64,000 bases of DNA from Nitrosopumilus sp. (lineage in GTDB: Archaea > Thermoproteota > Nitrososphaeria > Nitrososphaerales > Nitrosopumilaceae). The stretch lies in contig OZ241981.1 of the NCBI GenBank assembly GCA_965204345.1, positions 608,001 through 672,000 of the forward strand, written 5' to 3'. The notes under the pieces were generated by a model. The model saw only the letters and a program-made list of their open reading frames with translations. It searched no databases and was not told where the DNA came from. Positions 11,101 to 23,100 of the stretch are shown here, piece after piece (position 1 is the stretch's first letter; every line of letters starts with the position of its first letter). A program made the translations under genes and the position numbers.

Positions 11101-14100
11101 AAATGTTATTGTATCAAAATTGGTGTTGGCACCTGCATTTGAACTCAGAGTGACTGTTGGGCGAACGGTGTCTATTGTGACGGTAACTGGTGCAGATGCC
11201 TCGTTGAGGTTGGCTGCAAGGTCTGTTGCCACGCCTGCTGCAATGGATGGAGATACGGTTCCGTCTGATGAGCCTCGAGCAACATTAAAGGTGTATGTGC
11301 GGGCATCAACTGCCACAAAGTCAGTTGCTGTGAGGGTGCCGTTGTTGGCAGTGCCTTCTACTGTAATGTCAGCTAGCACAAAGTTCTGGACATCCTCACT
11401 GAATGTTGCCCTAAACGTTACTGGGTCATCACTGATGACGGTGCCATCGGGAGGTGTAATGGTTACGGTTGGGGTAGTGATGTCTATTGTGACGATAACT
11501 GGTGCAGATGCCGTGTTGAGGTTACCTGCGGCATCTGTTGCCACATTTTCTGCAATTGATACTGTTACGGTTCCGTCTGAGGTTCCGCGTACTACATCAA
11601 AGGTGTATTCGGTACCAGATCCAAGAAGATTTGATGCTGCTGGGGCGCTACCGTTGACAGTACCCGTTACTGTAATGTCAGATAGCTCAAAGTCCTCAAC
11701 TGCCTTGTTGAAGGTTACTGTAAAGGGTACCGTAGCAAAGTTGGTGGTGTCGCCTGCAGTTGTAGCTACAGATACTGTTAGGTCAGTGGTGTCTATGGTG
11801 ACAGCGGCAGAACTTGGGGATGCAAGATTGGAGTTGCCTGCGGCATCTGTTGCCACACCTGCTGCAATTGATACGGTTACGGTGCCGTCTGAGGTTCCGC
11901 GCACTACATCAAAGGTGTATTCAGTACCAGATCCAAGAAGATTTGATGCTGCTGGAGCGCCGTCGTTGGCGGTGCCTTCTACGGTAATGTCAGATAGCAC
12001 AAAGTCCTCAACTGCCTTGTTGAAGGTTACTGTAAAGGGTACCGTAGCAAAGTTGGTGGTGTCGCCTGCAGTTGTAGCTACAGATACTGTTAGGTCAGTG
12101 GTGTCTATGGTGACAGCAGCAGAACTTGGGGATGCAAGATTGGAGTTGCCTGCGGCATCTGTTGCCACACCTGCTGCAATTGATACGGTTACGGTGCCGT
12201 CTGAGGTTCCGCGCACTACATCAAAGGTGTATTCAGTACCAGATCCAAGAAGATTTGATGCTGCTGGAGCGCCGTCGTTGGCGGTGCCTTCTACGGTAAT
12301 GTCAGATAGCACAAAGTCCTCAACTGCCTTGTTGAAGGTTACTGTAAATGGTATTGTATCAAGGTTAGTGTTATCGCCTGCAGTTGTAGCTACAGATACT
12401 GTTAGAGCTTCAGAGTCTACTGTAACGGTAACTTGTGCAGATGCCGTGTTGAGGTTGCCTGCGGCATCTGTTGCCACACCTGCTGCAATTGATACGGTTA
12501 CGGTGCCGTCTGAGGTTCCGCGCACTACATCAAAGGTGTATTCAGTACCAGATCCAAGAAGATTTGATGCTGCTGGAGCGCCGTCGTTGGCGGTGCCTTC
12601 TACGGTAATGTCAGATAGCACAAAGTCCTCAACTGCCTTGTTGAAGGTTACTGTAAATGGTATTGTATCAAGGTTAGTGTTATCGCCTGCAGTTGTAGCT
12701 ACAGATACTGTTAGAGCTTCAGAGTCTACTGTAACGGTAACTTGTGCAGATGCCGTGTTGAGGTTGCCTGCGGCATCTGTTGCCACATTTTCTGCAATTG
12801 ACACGGTTACGGTTCCGTCTGAGGAACCGCGTATTACATCAAAGGTGTATTCGGTACCAGATCCAAGAAGATTTGATGCTGCTGGAGCGCTACCGTTGAC
12901 AGTACCCGTTACTGTAATGTCAGATAGCACAAAGTCCTCAACTGCCTTGTTGAAGGTTACTGTAAAGGGTACCGTAGCAAGGTTAGTGTTGTCGCCTGCA
13001 GTTGTAGCTACAGATACTGTTAGGTCAGTGGTGTCTATGGTGACAGCAGCAGAACTTGGGGATGCAAGATTGGAGTTGCCTGCGGCATCTGTTGCCACAC
13101 CTGCTGCAATTGACACGGTTACGGTTCCGTCTGAGGTCCCGCGTATTACATCAAAGGTGTATTCGGTACCAGATCCTGCAAGGTTTGATGCTGCTGGAGT
13201 GCCGTCGTTGGCAGTGCCTTCTACGGTAATGTCAGATAGCTCAAAGTCCTCAACTGCCTTGTTGAAGGTTACTGTAAATGGTACCGTATCAAGGTTGGTG
13301 TTCTCGCCTGCAGTTGTATCTACAGATACTGTTAGAGCTTCAGAGTCTACTGTAACGGTAACTTGTGCAGATGCCGTGTTGAGGTTGCCTGCGGCATCTG
13401 TTGCCACATTTTCTGCAATTGATACGGTTACGGTTCCGTCTGAGGTCCCGCGCACTACATCAAAGGTATATTGGGTACCAGATCCTGCAAGGTTTGATGC
13501 TGCTGGAGTGCCGTCGTTGGCAGTGCCAGTTACTGTAATGTCAGATAACACAAAGTCTGCAACTGCCTTGTTGAAGTTTACTGTAAATGGTATTGTAGTA
13601 AGATTGGTGTTGTCGTCTGCAGTTGTAGCTACAGATACTGTTAGGTCAGTGGTGTCTACTGTGACAGTAACTTGGGTAGATGCGGTGTTGGAGTTCTCTG
13701 CTGAGTCTACTGTTACACCTGCTGCAATTGATGTAATTATCGTTCCGTCAGAAGCTATGTCTGCAACATCAAAGGTGTATGTGCGAGAATCAACTGTCTG
13801 AATGTTGGTTACTGTGAGGATGCCGCCGTTGGCAGTGCCTGTTACTGTAATGTCACCTTCTGTAATTGGATCAACGTCCCTGCTAAAGGTTGCAGTAAAT
13901 GTTATTGTATCAGAGTTGGTGCTGGCACCTGCATTTGAAGCCAGAGTGACTGTTGGGCGAACGGTGTCTATTGTGACAGTAACTGGAGCAGATGCCGTGT
14001 TGAGATTATCTGCAAGATCTTCTGCGACACCTGCTGCTATGGATGGAATTATGGTTCCATCTGATGAGCCGCGAGATACATCAAAGGTGTATGTGCGGGC

Positions 14101-17100
14101 ATTAACTGTTACAAAGTTGGCTGCTGTCGGATTGGTGCCGTTTGCGGTGCCTGTTACTGTAATGTCAGATAGGATAAAGTTCTGGACATCCTCACTGAAT
14201 GTTGCAGTAAATGTTACGGGGTCATCACTGGTGATGGTGCCATTGACAGGTGTGATGGTTACGGTTGGGACAGCAGTGTCTATTGTGACGGTAACTAAAT
14301 TAGATGCGGTGTTGGGGTTATTTGCAAGGTCTGCTGCCACGTCTGCTGCTATGGATGCAGTTACGGTTCCGTCTGTGGAGCCTCGAGATACATCAAAGGT
14401 GTATGTGCGGGCATTAACTGTTACAAAGTTGGCTGCTGTCGGATTGGTGCCGTTTGCGGTGCCTGTTACTGTAATGTCAGATAGGATAAAGTTCTGGACA
14501 TCCTCACTGAATGTTGCAGTAAACGTTACTGGGTCATCACTGGTGATGGTGCCATTGACAGGTGTGATGGTTACGGTTGGGACAGTGGTGTCTATTGTGA
14601 CGGTAACTAAATTAGATGCGGTGTTGGGGTTATTTGCAAGGTCTGCTGCCACGTCTGCTGCTATGGATGCAGTTACGGTTCCGTCTGTAGAGCCGCGAGC
14701 AACATCAAAGGTGTATGTGCGGGCATTAACTGTTACAAAGTTGGCTGCTGTCGGATTGGTGCCGTTTGCGGTGCCTGTTACTGTAATGTCAGATAGGATA
14801 AAGTTCTGGACATCCTCACTGAATGTTGCAGTAAACGTTACTGGGTCATCACTGGTGATGGTGCCATTGACAGGTGTGATGGTTACGGTTGGGACAGCAG
14901 TGTCTATTGTGACGGTAACTAAATTAGATGCGGTGTTGGGGTTATTTGCAAGGTCTGCTGCCACGTCTGCTGCTATGGATGCAGTTACGGTTCCGTCTGT
15001 GGAGCCTCGAGATACATCAAAGGTGTATGTGCGGGCATTAATGGTTACAAAGTTGGCTGCTGTCGGATTGGTGCCGTTTGCGCTGCCTGTTACTGTAATG
15101 TCAGATAGGATAAAGTTCTGGACATCCTCACTGAATGTTGCAGTAAACGTTACTGGGTCATCACTGGTGATGGTGCCATTGACAGGTTTGATGGTTACGG
15201 TTGGGACAGCAGTGTCTATTGTGACGGTAACTAAATTAGATGCGGTGTTGGGGTTATTTGCAAGATCTGCTGCCACGTCTGCTGCTATGGATGCAGTTAC
15301 GGTTCCGTCTGTAGAGCCTCGAGCAACATCAAAGGTGTATGTGCGGGCATCAATGGTTACAAAGTTGGCTGCTGTCGGATTGGTGCCGTTTGCGGTACCT
15401 GTTACTGTAATGTCAGATAGGATAAAGTTCTGGACATCCTCACTGAATGTTGCAGTAAATGTTACGGGGTCATCACTGGTGATGGTGCCATCGGCAGGTG
15501 TGATGGTTACGGTTGGATCTATTCTGTCCACTGTGAGTGTAGCGGCACTTGCTGTGTTGCCTCCTGCTACCACATCGGCAGGTATGGTTACTGTCAGTTG
15601 GCCTCCTGTGGCGATGCCGTGTGTTACTGTAAAGTCATATTGGGTACCACTAGTTCCAGTAAAGGCAGTTATCAGGCTATTAGATACTTCAGTTCCGTTA
15701 ATTGTCACGACAATATCAGATTGCTCAAATCCTGTGACATCCTCGTCAAAGGTTGCAGTAAAGTCGATGGTCTCAGAGTTAGTAGGATTAGATGCATCTG
15801 TGCTCAGTAATACGAATGGAACAGTAGTGTCTATTGTGACGGTAACTGGAGCAGATGCGGTGTTGGGGTTATTTGCAAGGTCTGCTGCCACGTCTGCTGC
15901 TATGGATGCAGTTACGGTTCCGTCTGTAGAGCCTCGAGCAACATCAAAGGTGTATGTGCGGGCATTAACTGTTACAAAGTTGGCTGCTGCAGGAGCGCCG
16001 CCGTTTGCGGTACCTGTTACTGTAATGTCAGATAGGATAAAGTTCTGGACATCCTCACTGAATGTTGCAGTAAATATTACTGGATCCTCGTCGGTGGTGG
16101 TACCATCGGCAGGTGTGATGGTTACGGTTGGGACAGTGGTGTCTATTGTGACGGTAACTGGAGCAGATGCGGTGTTGGGGTTATTTGCAAGGTCTGTTGC
16201 TACGTCTGCTGCAATGGATGGAATTACGGTTCCGTCTGTGGAGCCTCGAGATACATCAAAGGTGTATGTGCGGGCATCAACTGTTACAAAGTTGGCTGCT
16301 GTCGGATTGGTGCCGTTTGCGGTGCCTGTTACTGTAATGTCAGATAGGATAAAGTTCTGGACATCCTCACTGAATGTTGCAGTAAATGTTACGGGGTCAT
16401 CACTGGTGATGGTGCCATTGACAGGTGTGATGGTTACGGTTGGGACAGTGGTGTCTACGGTGACGGTAACTGGAGCAGATGCGGTGTTGGAGGTGCCTGC
16501 AAGGTTTGTTGCCACATCTGCTGCTATGGATGTAGTTACGGTTCCGTCTGTGGTGCCACGAGCAACATCAAAGGTGTATGTGCGGGCATCAACTGTTACA
16601 AAGTTGGATGCCACGGGACTGCCGCCGTTGGCAGTGCCAGTTACTGTAATGTCAGATAGGATAAAGTTCTGGACATCCTCACTGAATGTTGCAGTAAATG
16701 TTACCGTATCAGAGTTGGTGAAATCAATTGGAGTTGTAGTTACAGAGACTGATGGGACAGCAGTGTCTATTGTGACGGTAACTGGAGCAGATGCGGTGTT
16801 GGGGTTGCCTGCAAGGTCTGTTGCGACATTTGCAGTAATTGATGGAATTACGGTTCCGTCTGTAAAGCCGCGAGCAACATCAAAGGTATATGTGCGGGCA
16901 TCAACTGTTACAAAGTTGGCTGCTGCCGGATTGGTGCCGTTTGCAGTGCCAGTTATCGTAATGTCACCTAGTTCAAAGTTCTGGACATCCTCGCTAAATG
17001 TTGCAGTAAATGTTACTGGGTCATCACTAGTGATGGTGCCATCGGCAGGCGTAATGGATACTGTGGGGTTTGCCCTGTCCACCGTAATACGAGATCCATC

Positions 17101-20100
17101 ACTAGCACTGCCACCATCAGCTGCATCAACAGGTATGACTACTACTAGCAGGCTTTCTGTGAGGCCGTGTGTGACTGTAAAGGTGTATTGGGCTCCCTCT
17201 CCCGCAAAGGAAGTTATCAGGCCAGGTGTGGTGGTGGTTTCATCAATACGCACTATAATATCATCCTGGTCAAATCCCGTAACAGCTCTGCCAAATGTTA
17301 CCGTAAATTCGATGGCCTCAAGGTTGGTGAGATCGCCTACATCCGTAGTCAGAGATACGGATATACGATCCAGATAGTTTATTGTAAACTCTGCGGGTGT
17401 AAAGTAGTTTCCATCAGAGAAGGTTGTCTGTACTGTACATGTTAGCCCGCCAGTAGAGTCTTCTAAAACCTCAAATGTAAACACGCCACTGTCTGGTGAG
17501 GTAGATCTAAATGTACAGTCATCAGAGGTTATAGTATCAACTATTGACAGTGACTTGTCATCTGTGTAATAGTCGTTAATGTCAATTGTAACTGTCCTAG
17601 ACTGGTCTGATAGGACGTCAATTACCAGAGGCGTTGCAGTTCGTACGGGTGCGGGATTTTCTGTGACTACCAGCTCAAAAGAGTATGGCTGCCCCGTGCT
17701 TTGCGTCGTGCCGTCTGAAATGTCAAAGGATACCACACATGTAGTGCCGACATCATTTGCGACGGGATCAATTTGCATGTTATGATTGTCTAGTAGTGTA
17801 ACATCCAAGGTGACACCAGCAGCGCAGCTTGAGAAATTATTGAAAGACAGTGTTTCAAATTCAGGATCCACAAAGTGATCACGCAGTGAAATTTGCGGAA
17901 CAGTTCGGTTTGGATATTCGACTGTTGCAGATGGTACGGAGGCAGGTATTGGTGGCAGTAGGTTAGTTACGGTAGATAACACACGGTATGAGGATGTAAA
18001 CTGTTCTGTTGCAGAGCCGTCTGTCACATCAAAGGTAAAGCTACAGTCTTCAGGATATGTCACCGCGTTGTTTGGCGTTGCAGTAACGGTAAAGGCACCC
18101 GTCGGATTTACAGTTACGCTAGATGACTGGCATGCATTGTTATCTAGGGTATAGGACAGGGTATCACCGTCCGGATCTGCAATGTTGGTAGCTAGGTTGC
18201 CTGTGTGTGTCTCATCAATATTAAATGAAAAACTAGGTGGTACAGTTCCAGCAGGAACACGATTGACATCTGTGACAGTCAGTGTAAATGACCCAGTAGT
18301 GGTATCAGCACCATCATCTAGCTGATATTCTACCTGAATTTCAGTAGAGAGGTCAAAGTCATCCCTTATGCTGGTGCCAGTTGGGGGATGAGCCACTACA
18401 TCAAAAGGTATGTTGCCTGTGACTAGTCCATCCAAATTTATGTTCAGATAACTATGACCGGTACTTATGAAACCGACATCAGCGGGGAAAAAGTTAGCAG
18501 GTAATGATACCTGATGTGAAAGAGATTCACCCTCTGCAACAGTTACGGTTGGAAGGCTAAGATAGTTTATTGTAATCTCTGTATCTGTGTGCCTGTTTCC
18601 ATCAGAGAAGGTTGTCTGTACTGTACATGTTGATGCACTAGCAAAAGCACCTAGGGGTACAAATTCAAACTGTCCATTTGACCTAGTGATAGAGTTAAAA
18701 TCTGTACAGTCATCAGATGTGGGATCAGAGACCAGTGTCAGTGTCGTGGCATCAGTATAATAGTCGTTAATGTCAAGTATAACATTTCGGGGCTGGTCTG
18801 CTGGGACATCAACTGTCAGGGGTGTTGCAGTACGTACGGGTGCGGCATCCAGTATCACAGATATGTTTACAGTGTAGGTGCCGCCAGTGCTGGCAATAGT
18901 GCCATCAGAGATGTCAAAGGAGAGCGTACATGTCTCAGCAGCTGAGGATACAAACCTGAACGTATTAGAGCCAGCTGGTGGCTGCTGCGTCAGGGTTCCA
19001 GTACAGTCATCTGATGGATTGGTGTACGATAGCGTATCACCTTCGGGGTCTGTAAAGTGGTCATCAAGTGAGAACTCTTGGTGTGTAGCCAGTACAGGGT
19101 GCTGTAGGGTTATGCCAGGTGTTACAGCAGGAACTGGTGGCAGTGTGTTGGTAGTTATGGTAACTGTAACTGAATTAGATGCGGCGTTGGGGTTGCCTGC
19201 AAGGTCTGCTGCCACGCCTGCTGCTATTGATGCAGTTACGGTGCCGTCTGTCGAGCCTCGAGCTACATCAAAGGTGTATGTGCGGGCATCAACTGTTGCA
19301 AAGTTGGATGCTGCTGGAGCACCGCCGTTGGCAGAGCCTGTTATCGTAATGTCACCTAGTTCAAAGTTCTGGACATTCTCGCCAAATGTTGCAGTAAATG
19401 TTACTGAGTCATCACGAGTGGTGGTGCCATCGGCAGGTGTAATGGTTACAGAGGGGTTTATCCTGTCCACTGTCAGTGCAGCAGTGGCACTTGCTGTGTT
19501 GCCCTCTGCTACCACATTGGGAGGTATTCTTACTGTTAGCTGACCTTCTGTGGCGATTCCGTGTGTGACTGTAAAGTCGTATTGGGTACCACTAGTTCCA
19601 GTAAAGGCAGTTATCAGGCTATTAGGTGCTGAGGTTCCGTTAATTGCCACAACGATATCAGAGCGCTCAAATCCTGTGACATCCTCGTCAAAGGTTGCAG
19701 TAAAGTCGATGGTCTCAGAGTTGGTGGGATCAGTTGCATCTGTGCTCAGAGATACGGATCGGATGTCTATGGTGATGGTAACTGGAACAGATGCCATATT
19801 GGGGTTGCCTGCTGAATCTACTGCAACATTTGCTGCAATTGACACGATTACTGTTCCGTCTGTAGAGCCCCGAGCAACATCAAAGGTGTAGACACTGCCT
19901 TCTCCATTAAGGTTGGATGCTACCGGATTGCCGCCGTTTGCAGTGCCTGTTACTGTAATGTCTTCCAGCTCAAAGTCCTCAACATCCTCGGTAAATGTTG
20001 CCGTAAATGGTACCGTATCAAGTCCAGTGCTACTGCCTGCAGATGAACTGACAGAGACAGTTGGGGCAAGGGTTTCTATTATGACAATAGCGGAACTAGA

Positions 20101-23100
20101 TGATGCCTCGTTGGGGTTGCCTGCTGAATCTACTGCCACATCTGCTGCAATCGACACGATTACTGTTCCGTCTGTAAAGCCCCGAGCAACATCAAAGGTG
20201 TAGATACTGCCTTCTCCATCAAGGTTGGATGCTACCGGATTGCCGCCGTTTGCAGTGCCTGTTACTGTAATGTCTTCCAGCTCAAAGTTCTCAACGTCCT
20301 CGCTAAATGTTGCCGTAAATGGTATCGTATCAAGGTTGTTGAGAATGTCTGCTGTTGTAGTTACAGAGACGGTTGGGGCAATGGTTTCTATTGTGACGGT
20401 AACTGGGGCAGATGCGGCGTTGGGGTTGCCTGCAAGGTCTGCTGCCACGCCTGTTGCTATGGATGGAATTACGGTTCCGTCTGTGGTGCCGCGAGCAACA
20501 TCAAAGGTGTATGTGCGGGCATCAACTGTTACAAAGTTGTCTGCTGCAGGACTGCCGCCGTTTGCAGTGCCTGTTACTGTAATGTCAGATAGGATAAAGT
20601 TCTGGACATCCTCACTGAATGTTGCCGTAAATGTTACTGGGTCATCACTGGTGGCGGTGCCATCGGCAGGCGTAATGGATACGGATGGCCTTATCATGTC
20701 CACTGTAATAGTATGTACAGCATCTGTATTGCCCTCAATGGTTACACCATCAGGTATTGTTGCTGTTAGCTGACCTTCTGTAGTTATGCCGTGTGTGACT
20801 GTAAAGGTGTATTCGGCTCCATCTCCAGTAAAGGCAGTTATCAGATCAGATGTGGTGGTTCCGTTAATTGCCACGACAATATCTGATTGCTCAAATCCTG
20901 TGACATCCTCATCAAAAGTTGCTGTAAATTCGATAATCTCAGAGTTTGTGGGATCAGTTGCATCTGTGCTCAGAGATACAGACGGGATGCTAGGGTCTAT
21001 GGTGACGGTAGCTGGGATAGATGCCTCGTTGGGATTGCCTGCTGAATCTACTGCCACATCTGCTGCAATTGACACGATTACTGTTCCGTCTGTAGAGCCC
21101 CGAGCAACATCAAAGGTGTAGATACTGCCTTCTCCATCAAGGTTGGATGCTACCGGATTGCCGCCGTTTGCAGTGCCTGTTACTGTAATGTCTTCCAGCT
21201 CAAAGTCCTCAACATCCTCGGTAAATGTTGCCGTAAATGGTACCGTATCAGCGTTGGTGCTACTTCCTGCAGATGAACTGACAGAGACAGTTGGGGCAAG
21301 GGTGTCTATTGTGACAATAGCGGAACTAGATGATGCCTCGTTGGGATTGCCTGCTGAATCTACTGCCACATCTGCTGCAATTGACACGATTACTGTTCCG
21401 TCTGTAGAGCCCCGAGCAACATCAAAGGTGTAGATACTGCCTTCTCCATCAAGGTTGGATGCTACCGGATTGCCGCCGTTTGCAGTGCCTGTTACTGTAA
21501 TGTCTTCCAGCTCAAAGTCCTCAACGTCCTCGCTAAATGTTGCCGTAAATGGTACCGTATCAGCGTTGGTGCTACTTCCTGCAGATGAACTGACAGAGAC
21601 AGTTGGGGCAAGGGTGTCTATTGTGACAATAGCGGAACTAGATGATGCCTCGTTGGGATTGCCTGCTGAATCTACTGCCACATCTGCTGCAATTGACACG
21701 ATTACTGTTCCGTCTGTAGAGCCCCGAGCAACATCAAAGGTGTAGATACTGCCTTCTCCATCAAGGTTGGATGCTACCGGATTGCCGCCGTTTGCAGTGC
21801 CTGTTACTGTAATGTCTTCCAGCTCAAAGTTCTCAACGTCCTCGCTAAATGTTGCCGTAAATGGTATCGTATCAAGGTTGTTGAGAATGTCTGCTGTTGT
21901 AGTTACAGAGACGGTTGGGATAATGCTTTCTATTGTGACGGTAACTGGGGCAGATGCGGTGTTGGAGTTGCCTGCAAGGTCTGCTGCCACGCCTGTTGCT
22001 ATGGATGCAATTACGGTTCCGTCTGTAGTGCCACGAGCAACATCAAAGGTGTATGTGCGGGCATTAACTGTTACAAAGTTGTCTGCTGTTGGAGCACCGC
22101 CATTTGCAGTGCCTGTTACTGTAATGTCTTCCAAGCCAAAGTTCTCAACGTCCTCGTTAAATGTTGCAGTAAACGTTACTGGGTCATCACTAGTGATGGT
22201 GCCATCGACAGGCGTAATGGATACGGATGGCTTTATCCGGTCCACGGTGATAGTGACGGTATCCCCAGTGTTACCGCCGTCGACCACATCAGTAGGTATT
22301 GTTACTGTAAGCACACCTTCTGTGATGCCATGTATGACTGTAAAGGTGTAATCGGAGCCAGGTTGTCCATTAACGGTAGGTATAAGACCAAGTGGGGCGC
22401 GGACTCCGTCAATTGTCACGACAATATCAGACGAGACAAATCCTGTGACAACACTACTAAATATTGCCGTAAATGGTATGGCCTCAAGAGTGGTGAGATC
22501 TCCTGCAACTGTATCAAGGGATACGGATGGGGCGCTGCTGGTATCTATGGTGACAGTAATTGGAATAGATGCGTGGTTTGGGCTGCCAGCAAGGTCTGTT
22601 GCGACATTTGCTGCAATTGATACGGTCACTGTTCCGTCTGTAGAGCCCCGAGCAACATCAAAGGTGTAGACACTGCCTTCTCCATCAAAGTTGGATGCTA
22701 CCGGATTGCCGCCGTTGGCAGTGCCTGTTACTGTAATGTCTTCCAGTTCAAAGTTCTCAACGTCCTCGGTAAATGTTGCCGTAAATGGTATGGTAGAAAG
22801 AGAGGTACTATCAGATGCAATTGTACTCAGAGATACGCCTGGCAAACGGTTGTTTGTAATAAGTGTAACTGAATTAGATGCGGTGTTGGGGTTGCCAGCT
22901 GAATCTGCTGCCACATCTGCTGCAATTGACACAGTTAGGACCGTATCCAAATTTTCAGTCAGAACACTAAAGAAGTATGTGTGATCATCATGCACCTCAA
23001 AATTGATTACAGTTAGATTCTCGCTGTTGGTAGTACCTGTTACTGTAATATCTTCCAGCTCAAAGTTCTGGACATCCTCGCTAAAGATTACCGTAAATGG

